Source: a virus. Taken from it: a stretch of DNA of 64,000 bases. Below are positions 10,001-20,100 of this stretch, one piece after another. Location of the stretch: the IMG/VR virus record IMGVR_UViG_3300031519_000002; one strand, written 5' to 3'. Position 1 is the first letter of the stretch; every line of letters begins with the position of its first letter. Position numbers and translations under genes: made by a program. Below the pieces are notes generated by a model. That model was not told where the DNA came from. It did not search any database and worked only from the letters and a program-made list of their open reading frames with translations.

Positions 10001-12603
10001 TTATTGTAATATGGATCTGTTGATCTTGGGTGTAACAGTTGTGTTGCATTACCATCACTAGCACAGGTCCATGCTAAACTATTTGCATCTATACTTACTG
10101 ATTGTCCTGGTGTAATATTGTGAGACCAATTTATTGAGTCGTTAGTAGCACTAACAAACCTGTGTTCGTAAACTCCGTCTGGATTAACTCCAACATTTAC
10201 TACAATGCTTGTAGGCGTAACTGCAATAATTTTACGTTTTTCACCGTATGCAGGATCTGTTATTCTCGGATATGTATGAGTTGTTAAAAAATCATCTTTT
10301 GCACATGTAAATGTTAAACTGTTAGGATCAAAGCTAATTTCTTCTTTTGGCTGTAATCCGTGTACTGTTCCAAATTCTATTGTCATTAACCCGTTTGCTG
10401 GATCATAAGTTGTTCCTGTTGTAGGTGTATATTCTGCAGAAGGAATAGTTAATGTCATTACACCAGATGCCGGAGCGTATGTACCTGCTGTTGGTGTATA
10501 TTGCATTTTATTAGCATCTGCAATCCAAACACTTGTGTCGTCCGGTCCTGTACCAGGATCAAGTGACACAAATGCGCCGCCTGTTGGTCGCTTAGTTCCG
10601 TATGAGTTTGGTCCTACTAGTGCTCCAGTAAGTCCTTTAAGTGTACAATTTCTAAGTCCACTTCCGTTTCTAACATAGAACATATTTGATCTAACGTTAT
10701 CATCCCCAACACTTAGTACTAATTGAGGTTGTACAACACCGTTGATGTAAGTTCTCTCACCTAATACAACATCAGTAGAAACTGCTGGACGAATCGTTGT
10801 TGTTCTTAATTCAGCACCAACAAGTGCAACTTTACTTGGAATACTAATTGGAAGAATTTCAGCAAACTCACCTGACATACATTTTACAGTAGCACCAGCG
10901 CCAACTCTGTGAGCCTGGTCTGCTAACAAGTACGCCATTGTAAATCTAATTGTTCTAAACGGAGCGTTTAATGTACCGCCTTGTGTTGCATCATCAATGC
11001 CATTAGTTGATACATAATAAAGTTTTGCTTGTAGATCAAGTGAGTCCCATGCCGGAACAGTTCCGGTAACTCTTAATGCTTGACCAGTTGAGCCAATTGC
11101 AAGACGTTGTGTGTCTATTGCAGTTGAGTCTTGATCTTCAAATGTTTTTAAGTCACCGCGTCTTGCTAACTTGTTAGTTAGTGTACCAAGGATCATTACT
11201 TTCCAGTAATTTTGATCTGGTTGGTTAATGTCCATATCGGGTCTAGAAGCCGATTCTGTTGATCTATGATATGTTAGTGCAAGATATGAAGTCCCTTGCC
11301 AAGTAACAATATCTCCTGGAAAATATTCAACATTGTCTTCCCAGAAGTTTCTGTATTGACGACCATCTATAATTTGTTCCCAATATGCAGGCCATGCATC
11401 AGGTTGTAAGTTTGTACTATCTTGAATAGCAATATATAAACTTCCTGAATGACGAACCATATCACCTGTTTTGTAATTTATAAATGAACTGTCGCCATCT
11501 TCGGCGTTCCAATCTTGCCTAAATTTATAACCTTCAAAAGTTAAATTCCAATCAGTTGTATATGTACTTGGTGCTAATGCAAAGTTAAATGTAACTGCTT
11601 TATAAATGTATCCGCCGTATAGTACAGTATCGCCTGGTTGATAGTAAACGTTATCAGCCCATACTCCTTCGTATTCACTACCTGGAAGATATGTTGTCCA
11701 GTTATTGGCCGCATAATCAGTATTAAATCCGTTTGCCCCTGTTGATGACGTATGACCTAGTATACACTGCATCAAGTTTCCGCCACGCTTTACGATATCA
11801 TTTTTCTTATATCTGTAAGATGAAACCCACTCTGATGAAATTGTTACAACACCATCTTCGTCTGTTGTTGATATAGCAACATACTCAATGCCGTCAAGTT
11901 GTATAGTCCACTTGGATTGATCTTCTTCTAAACCTAGCGTTGCGTTATCAGCTGAAGTGTGTCCTTGAACACATTGGTAAACAATGCCGCCGTATTTTAC
12001 AATATCGTTTATACGATAACGTACACCAATTGACCAGTTTGCTCTCCAAGTATCACTATCTGATAGTGTTGCCCAATCTCCTTGGTTAGCTTCTAAGCCT
12101 GAAAGTGTTGTTGCGGCAGATACGTGCTGATTAACAGCTTTGTAAACTTTACCATTGTAACGTACTAAATCGTTTGTTCTGTATAGTGTGCTAACTGTCC
12201 AGTTGTACTTCCAGTCCGCTGACGAAACAGCAACTAGTGTCCATTTTCCGATGTCAGCAACTAGTCCGTCTGTGCCTGAAGCAAATGTTGCGGCAGAAGT
12301 ATGAGACTCAGTACATTCGTAAATACTAGCACCGTATTTTACAATATTACCTACTGCGTATATCGTGCTTGTAGCCCAACCATTTTTCCAAACTTTACCT
12401 TCTGACTGTTTTTTCCATTTTGGTAATGCTGGTGTAACATCAGTACCTGCAAGATCATTATAAAATGTAGCGCCAGTGTGTGTTCGTAAAGCAACATATG
12501 TAAAACCTTCGTACTCGATCATATCATCAACAATATAGTCTGAGCCGCCTGTCCATGCGCCTTTCCAATTAAATCTTATTCTGCTTAGTTTAAATTCTGC
12601 CAT
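7030..12603 (-). CDS. large tail fibre/appendage protein with CBM-like repeats and Asp-box beta-propeller
   Basis: 1857 aa; same N-terminus (MAEFKLxRIRFxWK) and C-terminal blocks as 2134..6993; Asp-box-like SSDGAVW, SVDNGATW, SSDNGYGW. Confidence 0.75.
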   Translation of the reverse strand: MAEFKLSRIRFNWKGAWTGGSDYIVDDMIEYEGFTYVALRTHTGATFYNDLAGTDVTPALPKWKKQSEGKVWKNGWATSTIYAVGNIVKYGASIYECTESHTSAATFASGTDGLVADIGKWTLVAVSSADWKYNWTVSTLYRTNDLVRYNGKVYKAVNQHVSAATTLSGLEANQGDWATLSDSDTWRANWSIGVRYRINDIVKYGGIVYQCVQGHTSADNATLGLEEDQSKWTIQLDGIEYVAISTTDEDGVVTISSEWVSSYRYKKNDIVKRGGNLMQCILGHTSSTGANGFNTDYAANNWTTYLPGSEYEGVWADNVYYQPGDTVLYGGYIYKAVTFNFALAPSTYTTDWNLTFEGYKFRQDWNAEDGDSSFINYKTGDMVRHSGSLYIAIQDSTNLQPDAWPAYWEQIIDGRQYRNFWEDNVEYFPGDIVTWQGTSYLALTYHRSTESASRPDMDINQPDQNYWKVMILGTLTNKLARRGDLKTFEDQDSTAIDTQRLAIGSTGQALRVTGTVPAWDSLDLQAKLYYVSTNGIDDATQGGTLNAPFRTIRFTMAYLLADQAHRVGAGATVKCMSGEFAEILPISIPSKVALVGAELRTTTIRPAVSTDVVLGERTYINGVVQPQLVLSVGDDNVRSNMFYVRNGSGLRNCTLKGLTGALVGPNSYGTKRPTGGAFVSLDPGTGPDDTSVWIADANKMQYTPTAGTYAPASGVMTLTIPSAEYTPTTGTTYDPANGLMTIEFGTVHGLQPKEEISFDPNSLTFTCAKDDFLTTHTYPRITDPAYGEKRKIIAVTPTSIVVNVGVNPDGVYEHRFVSATNDSINWSHNITPGQSVSIDANSLAWTCASDGNATQLLHPRSTDPYYNKKIVITGTSSTTITMNVGISSELSAHTFVSATAGAVNMERIQGGKSTYVQGVTTIGDNCVGMKIDGALHNGGNRSIVANDFTQVLSDGIGYWATNLGRSELVSVFTYYAHIGYLAENGGILRATNGNNSYGTFGSVAEGFDSTETAQTATVNNQSGEATIDEVFTTGSQILAVAYKNTGQTYTQATLSTTQASGVDFDARYDEFRYGAVSRIDLALPDDSTNVGGRGFKSFGNTGQGGGLSTLVFAASEVRTRAQLLGMRINITEGLGAGQYGWIQNYNPSTFTATVYKESTNTPGWDNIVNGKLNETALDGTTTYTYEPRITISSPTFAKTNNSVQTGAQDLGYSDGLAKWYYAPTGTNDWYTSSDGAVWADLESPYSLSYTGFAKTGPIMVGVADGTDKLVYTNDGINFDYSTLPASTTWKHVEIGGPNGDTIIALATGNANAYVATLTTDGDSTVVPSTWNTRATGGSNTTWVGLAYGAGKWIALAQNGTTVISVDNGATWTTGAANSPVAPEVYSDLAFGSNCWVATMNQSDRIIYSDTGTAWSDSGLVGDSGRENWKIGYTQGLFMVVSNTGTTLSSDNGYGWTIREVTGNLTTIAGGIRNNLPAFVGMSSAGSVGNIITGGATAYARVEVVNGKLNLFKIYNPGSGYITAPTISVEDPEEYGEPYFTVDINNGVLPQPTFYNRGTGYQSAIVLITGNGFGEELQIGNTMRISGITTVPGPGANVRFAGNATIYRLVKVNSQSGVTPNIELTFQISPVLGRTTAPVHSTGVTIRERYSQCRLTGHDFLDIGTGNFADTNYPNLYVDGQTSANDTVQANEVQESNGGRVFYTSSDQDGNYRVGELFRVSQAQGGVTLNADFFNLEGLDELRLGGIRVGGTQAVIREFTTDNTFVANSDNIIPTQKALTSYIENRFTGGGSNLFTNKLTAGQVVLEDNVMSNTAGSNNALAMTDINVGMTINGPLGGGLQALGMFMAARTERDDFNG

Positions 12604-12620
12604 TTTCTCAACCTTCTAAG

Positions 12621-12628
12621 TATTTATA
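12621..12628 (-). promoter_or_regulatory. T4-type late promoter
   Basis: Perfect TATAAATA upstream of 7030..12603. Confidence 0.8.
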
Positions 12629-12983
12629 CACCCGTTGGGTATGTGTAATCTTCGTTAATTCGTGCTACTAAATTTCCGCTATCGTCAATATAGTAACTAA
12701 TATTTCTGTTATCCCATCTAAATTGTTCATAATTTAAATTCTTATAAAGCCTCTCGTGGTTTACATTTCTTCCTTCAAAGAAATTTTCACCTTGATCAAA
12801 GTCTTCATAGTTATCTGTTGGATCACCTTCTGCGTTAATTGCAATACTATCATGACTTGTAAGTTGATCAACTTTACCTACATACAATTCACCATCGTCT
12901 GTTCTACGCAATCCATAAAAATATCTTGCATCTGTTTGGTCAATCATGTTTTGTATGCTTTGACCTAGAAAGTTATCTGACAT
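12624..12983 (-). CDS. hypothetical (probably virion) protein
   Basis: 119 aa, start overlaps upstream stop codon, within structural operon. Confidence 0.6.
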   Translation of the reverse strand: MSDNFLGQSIQNMIDQTDARYFYGLRRTDDGELYVGKVDQLTSHDSIAINAEGDPTDNYEDFDQGENFFEGRNVNHERLYKNLNYEQFRWDNRNISYYIDDSGNLVARINEDYTYPTGV

Positions 12984-13312
12984 TATACAATCTCCACTAA
13001 GCTAAGAATCACATCAAGTGATTCAGTTGTATCCGACGTAACGTATAATACGTTACCTGCATCAAGAACAATTTTCTCACCCTTGCCAATCGGCTTCATT
13101 GCAGTATTAGGAGGAATAGGCATCCCTTTAATTAGTACACCAATCGAACTTGCTTCGTCACCAACTTCAAGGGTAGCACTTACCATGCCACTTGTTAAAT
13201 TAGCGATATTCATTCCGATAACAGTTGCACTAGTAGCGGCAGGAGTTGTATAAACTGCTACCCGGCTTGTGCCTACTTCTTTTCCTATGATATTTTTAAA
13301 ATTCGTTGCCAT
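12983..13312 (-). CDS. small virion protein, paralog family with 1776..2102
   Basis: 109 aa, VYTTPA motif. Confidence 0.65.
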   Translation of the reverse strand: MATNFKNIIGKEVGTSRVAVYTTPAATSATVIGMNIANLTSGMVSATLEVGDEASSIGVLIKGMPIPPNTAMKPIGKGEKIVLDAGNVLYVTSDTTESLDVILSLVEIV

Positions 13313-13321
13313 CTTTTTTCC

Positions 13322-16300
13322 CTATAATAGTAATGCAAGTTTTATTGCAATTTCCTCTGCATCATTAAATGTAACAGCACCTGTAGCACCTGCAACCGAA
13401 ACCCAGTTATTGCCGACATCGTATATTTCTACTCTGTCTTCAACTGTGTTATACCGCATCATTCCAAGTTCTGGACTAGGATGCCTGTTAGCGTTGTTAC
13501 CAACAGGAATAACAAATCCGCCTGTTCCTTCAACTTTAAAGTATCCTGATCCTGCTTGTTTTAAAGTAGTAACAGCACCGTCTATAGTATTAGTTATCAC
13601 ATTTCCGTTAAAACTAAAGTTTTCAATTGTTACAAAACCACTGCCGTTTGCACGTAAAACTAAATCTTCGTTAGTAGTAATTGTTTCTAAAACATTATCG
13701 TGTATAGCAATGTCATCTACTTCAAGTCTTGCTACGTTAAATCGTTCTGTAGTTACATCAGCTACAAGCGAACCACCTGCATAAAATCTTAGTGTATTAT
13801 CGTTGGCGCCCGGTGTTAACTCGGGTGTAATGTATGTATCTCTATCAACATCGTATACTCCGCCTAGCTGGATCCAGCTTCCGTCATATGCTTCAAAAAC
13901 ACTAGTATCAGTGTTATATCTAATCATACCAGTAATTGGTGATCCAGGACGCTGTGCTGTTGTACCCTTAGGAAGTATTAATGCTCCTGTAGCATCGATT
14001 GTTACAGACTCACTACTTGGATCTAATATGATGTCGCCACTTAGGTTAGCAATAATGTTATCACTAAGTTGTAGTTGATCAATAATAACTTGACCAACTC
14101 CGTTTGGTGTAACATTAATATCGCCATTGCTTGCATTTGTAGTAATAGTATCGTTGTCAATAATAATATCATCGACAAATACCTTGCCAACATTTATTTC
14201 TGACCAATTAAGTAATGTTGTTCCTAACTTATATGTATCGTCAACATTTGGAACAATGTCACTGTCAATTCTTGCGTTGATATTAATTGTGTCAGTATCT
14301 TCGTCGCCGAGTGTAATATTTCCGCCAACTGTTACATTGCCAGTTACATCTAAGTTACCAGTAATATTAACGTTGTCTTGTAAATTAATGTTGCCTGTTG
14401 AACTGTTAATATTAATGTCGCCGCTAGTACTACTAATAGTATTTCCGCTAACTCTAATATTTCCAGCTTCAACCTTTGTGCCATCAATAATCGTTGTGTT
14501 TGTACCGTCAGTAAACGTAATACCTTGGTTGTTATTAAATAAGAATTCTGCGTTAGTAAATGTTACTTCGCCTGTTTCTTGATTAACTCTAAATAAATCG
14601 CCTACTCTAAAGTCACCTTTGTGGTCAACTGTACTAAAGTATATATTTGCATCGCTGTTAGCAACAACTTCGTTTGCTTGGATAACTTCAGTTACATCAT
14701 TAGTAACGTCTTTACCTGTGCCAATATAAGCTAAGTTCATCCCAATAGCATACACAATCGAACCACTGCCTGTTCCGTGAATACCGTAATTACCGTAAAC
14801 ACTTGCACTTGCAATACTTCTAATTTCGCCACCAAAGTCTGAGTGATCAATAAATGTTAATGCAGTAGCAGTGCCGCCTCCGCTAAACTCAACGTCTTGA
14901 ATAAATGTATCATTATCAACAAGTACTTGTGATCCACTGTCTTCGTCAAAATCTAATTTTAATACAGTGTATTGATCAACTATTGAAGCACTAGTTGGAT
15001 TAGTAAATGCAGATGCTTGACCTGCTCCTTTTCTAACACGGAAGTCGTCAATACGTCCTGCAAAACCATTTACGCCTGCGTAGTCCGAACCAATAATTAA
15101 TGGCTTAGTTGTTCCTAAATTAGTATTATTTGATGCAGTAGCTTGCTGTACTCCGTCAACAAAGAACTTAATTGTTGTACCAACTCTCGAAATCATAATA
15201 TGATAAAAAGTAGTATTAATAAGTGTAATAGCCGGAGCCATAATTGAAGTAGTACCAATGTTAATTTTTGGAACTCTATCAACTGTGTAAAAATTTAATG
15301 CATTGTCAGTAGCCGAGCCTGCTCTAAAGTCAAACATCATTTCTGTACCAGTGTCATCTGAGATATAAATTACCCCTTCTACACTAAAGTCACCTGTGCC
15401 AAAGCCAAAATCACTTGCAGAAGTTAGTGAAAATCTATCGCCTGTGCCGTCAAATAATCCAATTCCTGTTCCAAACTTTATAGGAGTTCCTGTAGAAACT
15501 TGAGCGTTACCAACTGCTGTAACAGTTTTCTTAGCTCTACTTAATGGCTTAATAAATCCAGTTGCTTTACCATCAATAATTACAGTATTAGTATCAATTG
15601 ATTCAATTGCGGCTGTTGCTAATGTTGCGCCGCCTGCGTCTTTAAGAACAATATTCTGCCCTGCGGCTACTGCTGTTCCAGCAAATCCGCTATATTTAAT
15701 TTTTGTTTTTCCATCGCCTTTAAGTCCACTAGCACCCTCAAGTATTTCAATACCCTTGTCTGCAAAGTATGTAAAGCAATTTAACCATTCTACCCTTGCG
15801 CCATTAGTAACTTTAAGTCCACTAACTCCTGGAGTAATAAATGTTACGCTGTGGAAAAGCATTGCGGCTTCTCTTGAATCTGAATGTGCAACTGCACCAT
15901 CAATGAAACAACCTTTACCTGCGTCACCACTTGCAAATCCTCTTGGATCATCAGTACTAGTTGTTGTACCTTTTGTGATTACACTAACGTTTCTTATGTA
16001 TGGTGATCTTTCATAAATTCTAACGTTGTTAGCAAAACGGAAACCGTGTCCTGTGTTTGCTCCGCTATTATAATAAAAATCTTTAAGTGTAACATCTTCA
16101 ACTGCTGAGTCGCCTTGCATTAAAAATGCATCGTTGCTTTGTGTTCCACTTGTTGGAGAAATCTCAACTGCACGTAAACTGTGCCCTCTTACTGTAACAC
16201 CTTGTGGAACGGTTAATGGAAATGCTTCTTGATATTGTCCTGGATAAATGTAAACTGTATCGTGTAAGCCAGCAAGTTCTAAACCCTTTGCAATAGTCGC

Positions 16301-17038
16301 AACCGGATCTTGCGGGTGCGTTCCTGTTCTAGAATCACTACCGTTTGTAGCAACGTATATCAAATTGCCCGGAGTACTAATTAAATCAATAGCACCAAAG
16401 TCTAGGTCATTTGTTGTTAGTGTATTTGTTGTTACGTTAGCAAAGTTACCAGTTGCCCAACGCTTAGATGATGTACCAATATTGTACGTGTTGTCAATGT
16501 CTGGCATAATATCACTAGCAATATCTGCATTAATAAAAATGTTATCAGTGTCATCACTACCAATAGTAATATTGCCGTCTGCACTAATATTTCCAGTAGC
16601 ATGTAGATTACCATTAACAGTAGTGTTACCAATAATGTTAATTTCACCAGTTCCGTTTGCACGAATAAACAAATCACTGTTAGTATTTGTGTTTTCAATA
16701 AAGTTGTTATTAAGTTCTAAGTCGCCTACAATAACTCTGTTACCAACAATAGTATTGTCAGCAGTAGCTATTGAAAATTCTTGTGCAGTAGTTGAAATAG
16801 TGCTAGTAGCACCGTTGATTGTTACATTACCTACTTGGAATGTAGTATTTGTAATTTCTAAGTCGGTAACTCTTGCAGTGCCTGCAATGTCTAATGCGTA
16901 TTGAGGACTAGTGGTTTTTACACCGATTCGACGATTTGTTACATCTAAATATAAAAGGTCTGTCTCAAAGGCCAAATCCGTCCCATTACGTAGGAGGTTT
17001 TCCTTTAAGAGAGGACCCGATATGCGACCAATTGCCAT
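13322..17038 (-). CDS. fibre-like structural protein with ConA/LamG-like lectin domain
   Basis: 1238 aa; KFGTG..FDGTGD...FGFGTGDFSVE...GRIDDFRV LamG-like block; two C-terminal PxG..xRP...G.RYNT modules; paralog of 17178..21227. Confidence 0.75.
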   Translation of the reverse strand: MAIGRISGPLLKENLLRNGTDLAFETDLLYLDVTNRRIGVKTTSPQYALDIAGTARVTDLEITNTTFQVGNVTINGATSTISTTAQEFSIATADNTIVGNRVIVGDLELNNNFIENTNTNSDLFIRANGTGEINIIGNTTVNGNLHATGNISADGNITIGSDDTDNIFINADIASDIMPDIDNTYNIGTSSKRWATGNFANVTTNTLTTNDLDFGAIDLISTPGNLIYVATNGSDSRTGTHPQDPVATIAKGLELAGLHDTVYIYPGQYQEAFPLTVPQGVTVRGHSLRAVEISPTSGTQSNDAFLMQGDSAVEDVTLKDFYYNSGANTGHGFRFANNVRIYERSPYIRNVSVITKGTTTSTDDPRGFASGDAGKGCFIDGAVAHSDSREAAMLFHSVTFITPGVSGLKVTNGARVEWLNCFTYFADKGIEILEGASGLKGDGKTKIKYSGFAGTAVAAGQNIVLKDAGGATLATAAIESIDTNTVIIDGKATGFIKPLSRAKKTVTAVGNAQVSTGTPIKFGTGIGLFDGTGDRFSLTSASDFGFGTGDFSVEGVIYISDDTGTEMMFDFRAGSATDNALNFYTVDRVPKINIGTTSIMAPAITLINTTFYHIMISRVGTTIKFFVDGVQQATASNNTNLGTTKPLIIGSDYAGVNGFAGRIDDFRVRKGAGQASAFTNPTSASIVDQYTVLKLDFDEDSGSQVLVDNDTFIQDVEFSGGGTATALTFIDHSDFGGEIRSIASASVYGNYGIHGTGSGSIVYAIGMNLAYIGTGKDVTNDVTEVIQANEVVANSDANIYFSTVDHKGDFRVGDLFRVNQETGEVTFTNAEFLFNNNQGITFTDGTNTTIIDGTKVEAGNIRVSGNTISSTSGDININSSTGNINLQDNVNITGNLDVTGNVTVGGNITLGDEDTDTININARIDSDIVPNVDDTYKLGTTLLNWSEINVGKVFVDDIIIDNDTITTNASNGDINVTPNGVGQVIIDQLQLSDNIIANLSGDIILDPSSESVTIDATGALILPKGTTAQRPGSPITGMIRYNTDTSVFEAYDGSWIQLGGVYDVDRDTYITPELTPGANDNTLRFYAGGSLVADVTTERFNVARLEVDDIAIHDNVLETITTNEDLVLRANGSGFVTIENFSFNGNVITNTIDGAVTTLKQAGSGYFKVEGTGGFVIPVGNNANRHPSPELGMMRYNTVEDRVEIYDVGNNWVSVAGATGAVTFNDAEEIAIKLALLL

Positions 17039-17039
17039 C

Positions 17040-17157
17040 TTCTCTCCTTAATACGGGGATCCTGTCCCTCTAGCCTAAATTTACAGCTTTCACTCTTTGC
17101 TGGCTAACCACAGTTTGTCTCTGCAAAGAGTATAGTTGGTCTTCTTTGCATTACTAT
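17040..17157 (-). ncRNA. candidate structured 5' leader RNA (cis-regulatory)
   Basis: About 118 nt between a TATAAATA promoter and the start codon; stems TGCAAAGA/TCTTTGCA, TTAGCC/GGCTAG, CTGT/ACAG, and an alternative ACTCTTTGC/GCAAAGAGT. Confidence 0.5.
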
Positions 17158-17165
17158 TATTTATA
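17158..17165 (-). promoter_or_regulatory. T4-type late promoter
   Basis: Perfect TATAAATA upstream of structured leader and 13322..17038. Confidence 0.8.
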
Positions 17166-17177
17166 CGATTTTGAAAT

Positions 17178-20100
17178 TTAATCTAGTATAAGGTTGAATA
17201 CGTATGCTAAATCTTCAACGTCTGAAGATTCAATACTTTCAACTTCGCCAGCCGCATTAATCCACGCAGTTCCGTTCCATGTTTCAACATACTGTACTTG
17301 TGTATTGTAACGTGTGTGTCCAACTTCGGGCGATCCAGGTCTTGCGGCCGTGTTACCTTGTGGTACAACCATACCGCTCGTATTCTCAATTTTTAAGAAA
17401 GATGTACCGCTAGGATTAGTTAAATTAATTATAAAATTACTACTAGTATTATTAAGTAACTCACCATCTCTAAATTTAAGAGTGTTAATAACAGTATGTC
17501 CTGTGCCATTAGATCGTAATATACTATTACCATTAGCATCATCTGCTGATACAATAGCACCGTCAATACTAAATTTACCCCCACTGCTAAATCCATTTGA
17601 TTCCAGCAATGTTCCGTTTAGTGTATGATTTGTTACGTTATTTGTAGTAAAGTTAAATTGGTTATTTGAAAGATCAAGGTATGTATTACGATCTGTATCG
17701 TATATTCCTGCTAAACTAATTGCGCCGGCAACTTCGAGTCCTTCAAATGTGTCAAAAGTATTATTGTATCTCAGTCCTGCTTGTATTGCCGGACGTTGTG
17801 CTGTAGTACCTTTTGGAATTCTTAAATCTTTATTTGCACTTATACTTAAATTTTCAGTTGGTGCAAAATTAACATCGCGCTTTGTTCCGCCTAGATTATT
17901 TGTTACACTTGTCCAATAATCAATTGAAGGACTGTTTGCAATAGGCAAGTAGTATGATGCAGTGTTTGCTATTGATAATCCTGTTGGGTCAGCGTCATCT
18001 AATAATACACTAGTGTAGGGGTCCCATAAAGATCCAATAGTTGCCGATCTCCAAGTTAAACTTCCTGCCATAGTCGCTGTTAGCAAATACAAATATTCGT
18101 ATACTAAGTCGTTATAACTTAGTCCAGTTGGGTCAGTATACCAAGCAAATGCTGGATAGTTATAACCAGCTTGTCCGCCACCTTGATATCCGCCGCGAGC
18201 CGTGTCTAACGCCGTCGTAAGCGTACTTGATCTAGTTGTGCTTAGTGCTGAGTACAATCCGCTTATTCTTGGAATAAGCATGGTCTTTAATATTTTTTCA
18301 CTAGCTAGGTCTCTATTAGAGCTTGCTCCGTCTCCTAAGAAATTATTCATTTCGCTTTCGTACACAGCAAACGTTCTGTTTATAGCAAACGATCCAAATG
18401 TACTTGCTAATGATGTTTTTTCTGTTGAGTTAGCATACACAACAATACCGTACAATCCATCTGCAAACGTATTAAGTAGTGCTGTGTTTTCGACAACACC
18501 GTCAAAGTTATTATCAAGATAACTTGCTAACATATTTGCGGCATGCTTAATTGCGTTGTCAGATACTGTAGCAGTTCCTAATACCGGAATTCCAAATACT
18601 GTAGTATACCTAGGTAATTGAGTTTTAAAGGATGAATAGCCATTAAAAATTGTAGGTGTTGATAGTTCATAATCGTTAACAACAAACACACCGCTTGGAC
18701 TAAACTTACCAATAATTTTATTATCTTCAAGTTCAATATTACTTACTCTAACTTTACCAGTTCCTAAAGCAGTAATATATAAGTCTGCATTTGATTCGTT
18801 TGTTGAAATTAATTGTGATGATATAGAAATGCTATTAATAACTGCTGTCGTTGCATTAAGTTCTTTCCAGCGATGTGTTGCTGTACCTAATACCAATCCT
18901 TCAGTTGACCCTGGTTCAAAGTTTTGACTAATGTTAGTATTGAAGTCAACAGTATCATTGCTATTATCGCCAATGGCACTAACTGCGCCACTTACACTTA
19001 AATTGCCTGATAATTCTACACTAGGTGCAAATACATTACCTTGGAATACAATGTTTCCTGCGCTGTTAAAGTTTATTTCGGATCTAGTTGTTTGTAAAAT
19101 GTTTCCGTTAATTACAATATTATCTAAGTTTACTGTGCCAGGATTAATTGTAACAACATCATTTCCGTTTCTAATTTGTACTTGTGAGTTATTTGCAAAA
19201 ATACTTTCAATGTCAAAGCTAGTTCTTTCGTTTTCTAAATCAACATGGAAGTTGTCACCGATTCTAAAGTTACCTTTATGATCTTGTCCTGTAAAGTAAA
19301 CCTTTGCACTATTTAATTCTACTACTTCGTTTGCTTGTATTGCCAATGTATTATCATTAGTAACACTTTTCCCTGCACCAATATATGCAAAGTTATGATT
19401 AACCATGTATGCTAAACAACTAGCACCATCTGCTTCAATGCCTTTATTACCGTATACGTTAGCACTTGCAATAGTTCGTAGTTCAGCACCATAGACTGTA
19501 GTTCCGTCTTTTGCTGTTCTACCCGAACCCTGTGATATATAAATGCCCCTGTTAGCAAAGTAAGTAAAACTGTTGAGCCATTCAACTCGTACACCGTTTG
19601 TAATTGTTAATGCATCTACACCAGGAGTAATAAATGTGCAACTATGGAATAACATACTTGCTGATATACTATTTTGATTAACAACTGCTCCGTCAACTAA
19701 TGCTCCTTTACCAGCATCGCCGCTTGCAAATCCTCTTGGGTCGCTTGCACTTGTTGTTGTGCCTTTAGTAAGAACTGTTACGTTTCTAATATAAGGGCTT
19801 CTTCCCGGCTCTTGTTCAAAAATAGTTGTTGTAAAATTAGTAACAAGTCTAAAACCGTAACCTGTATTGGCGCCACTGTTATAATAAAAATCTTTAATTG
19901 TTAAATTTTCAATCGTAACATCACTGTTAACTAAAAATGCATCATTACTTTGCGTTGCAGAAGTTGGAGAAATTTCAACTCCTCTAATGCTGTCACCTTG
20001 TATAGTAACGCCTTTTGCAACTGTTAACGGAAATGCTTCTTGATACTGTCCCGGATAAATGTAAATTAAATCACCATCGCCTGCTAGTGTTAATGCTTTA

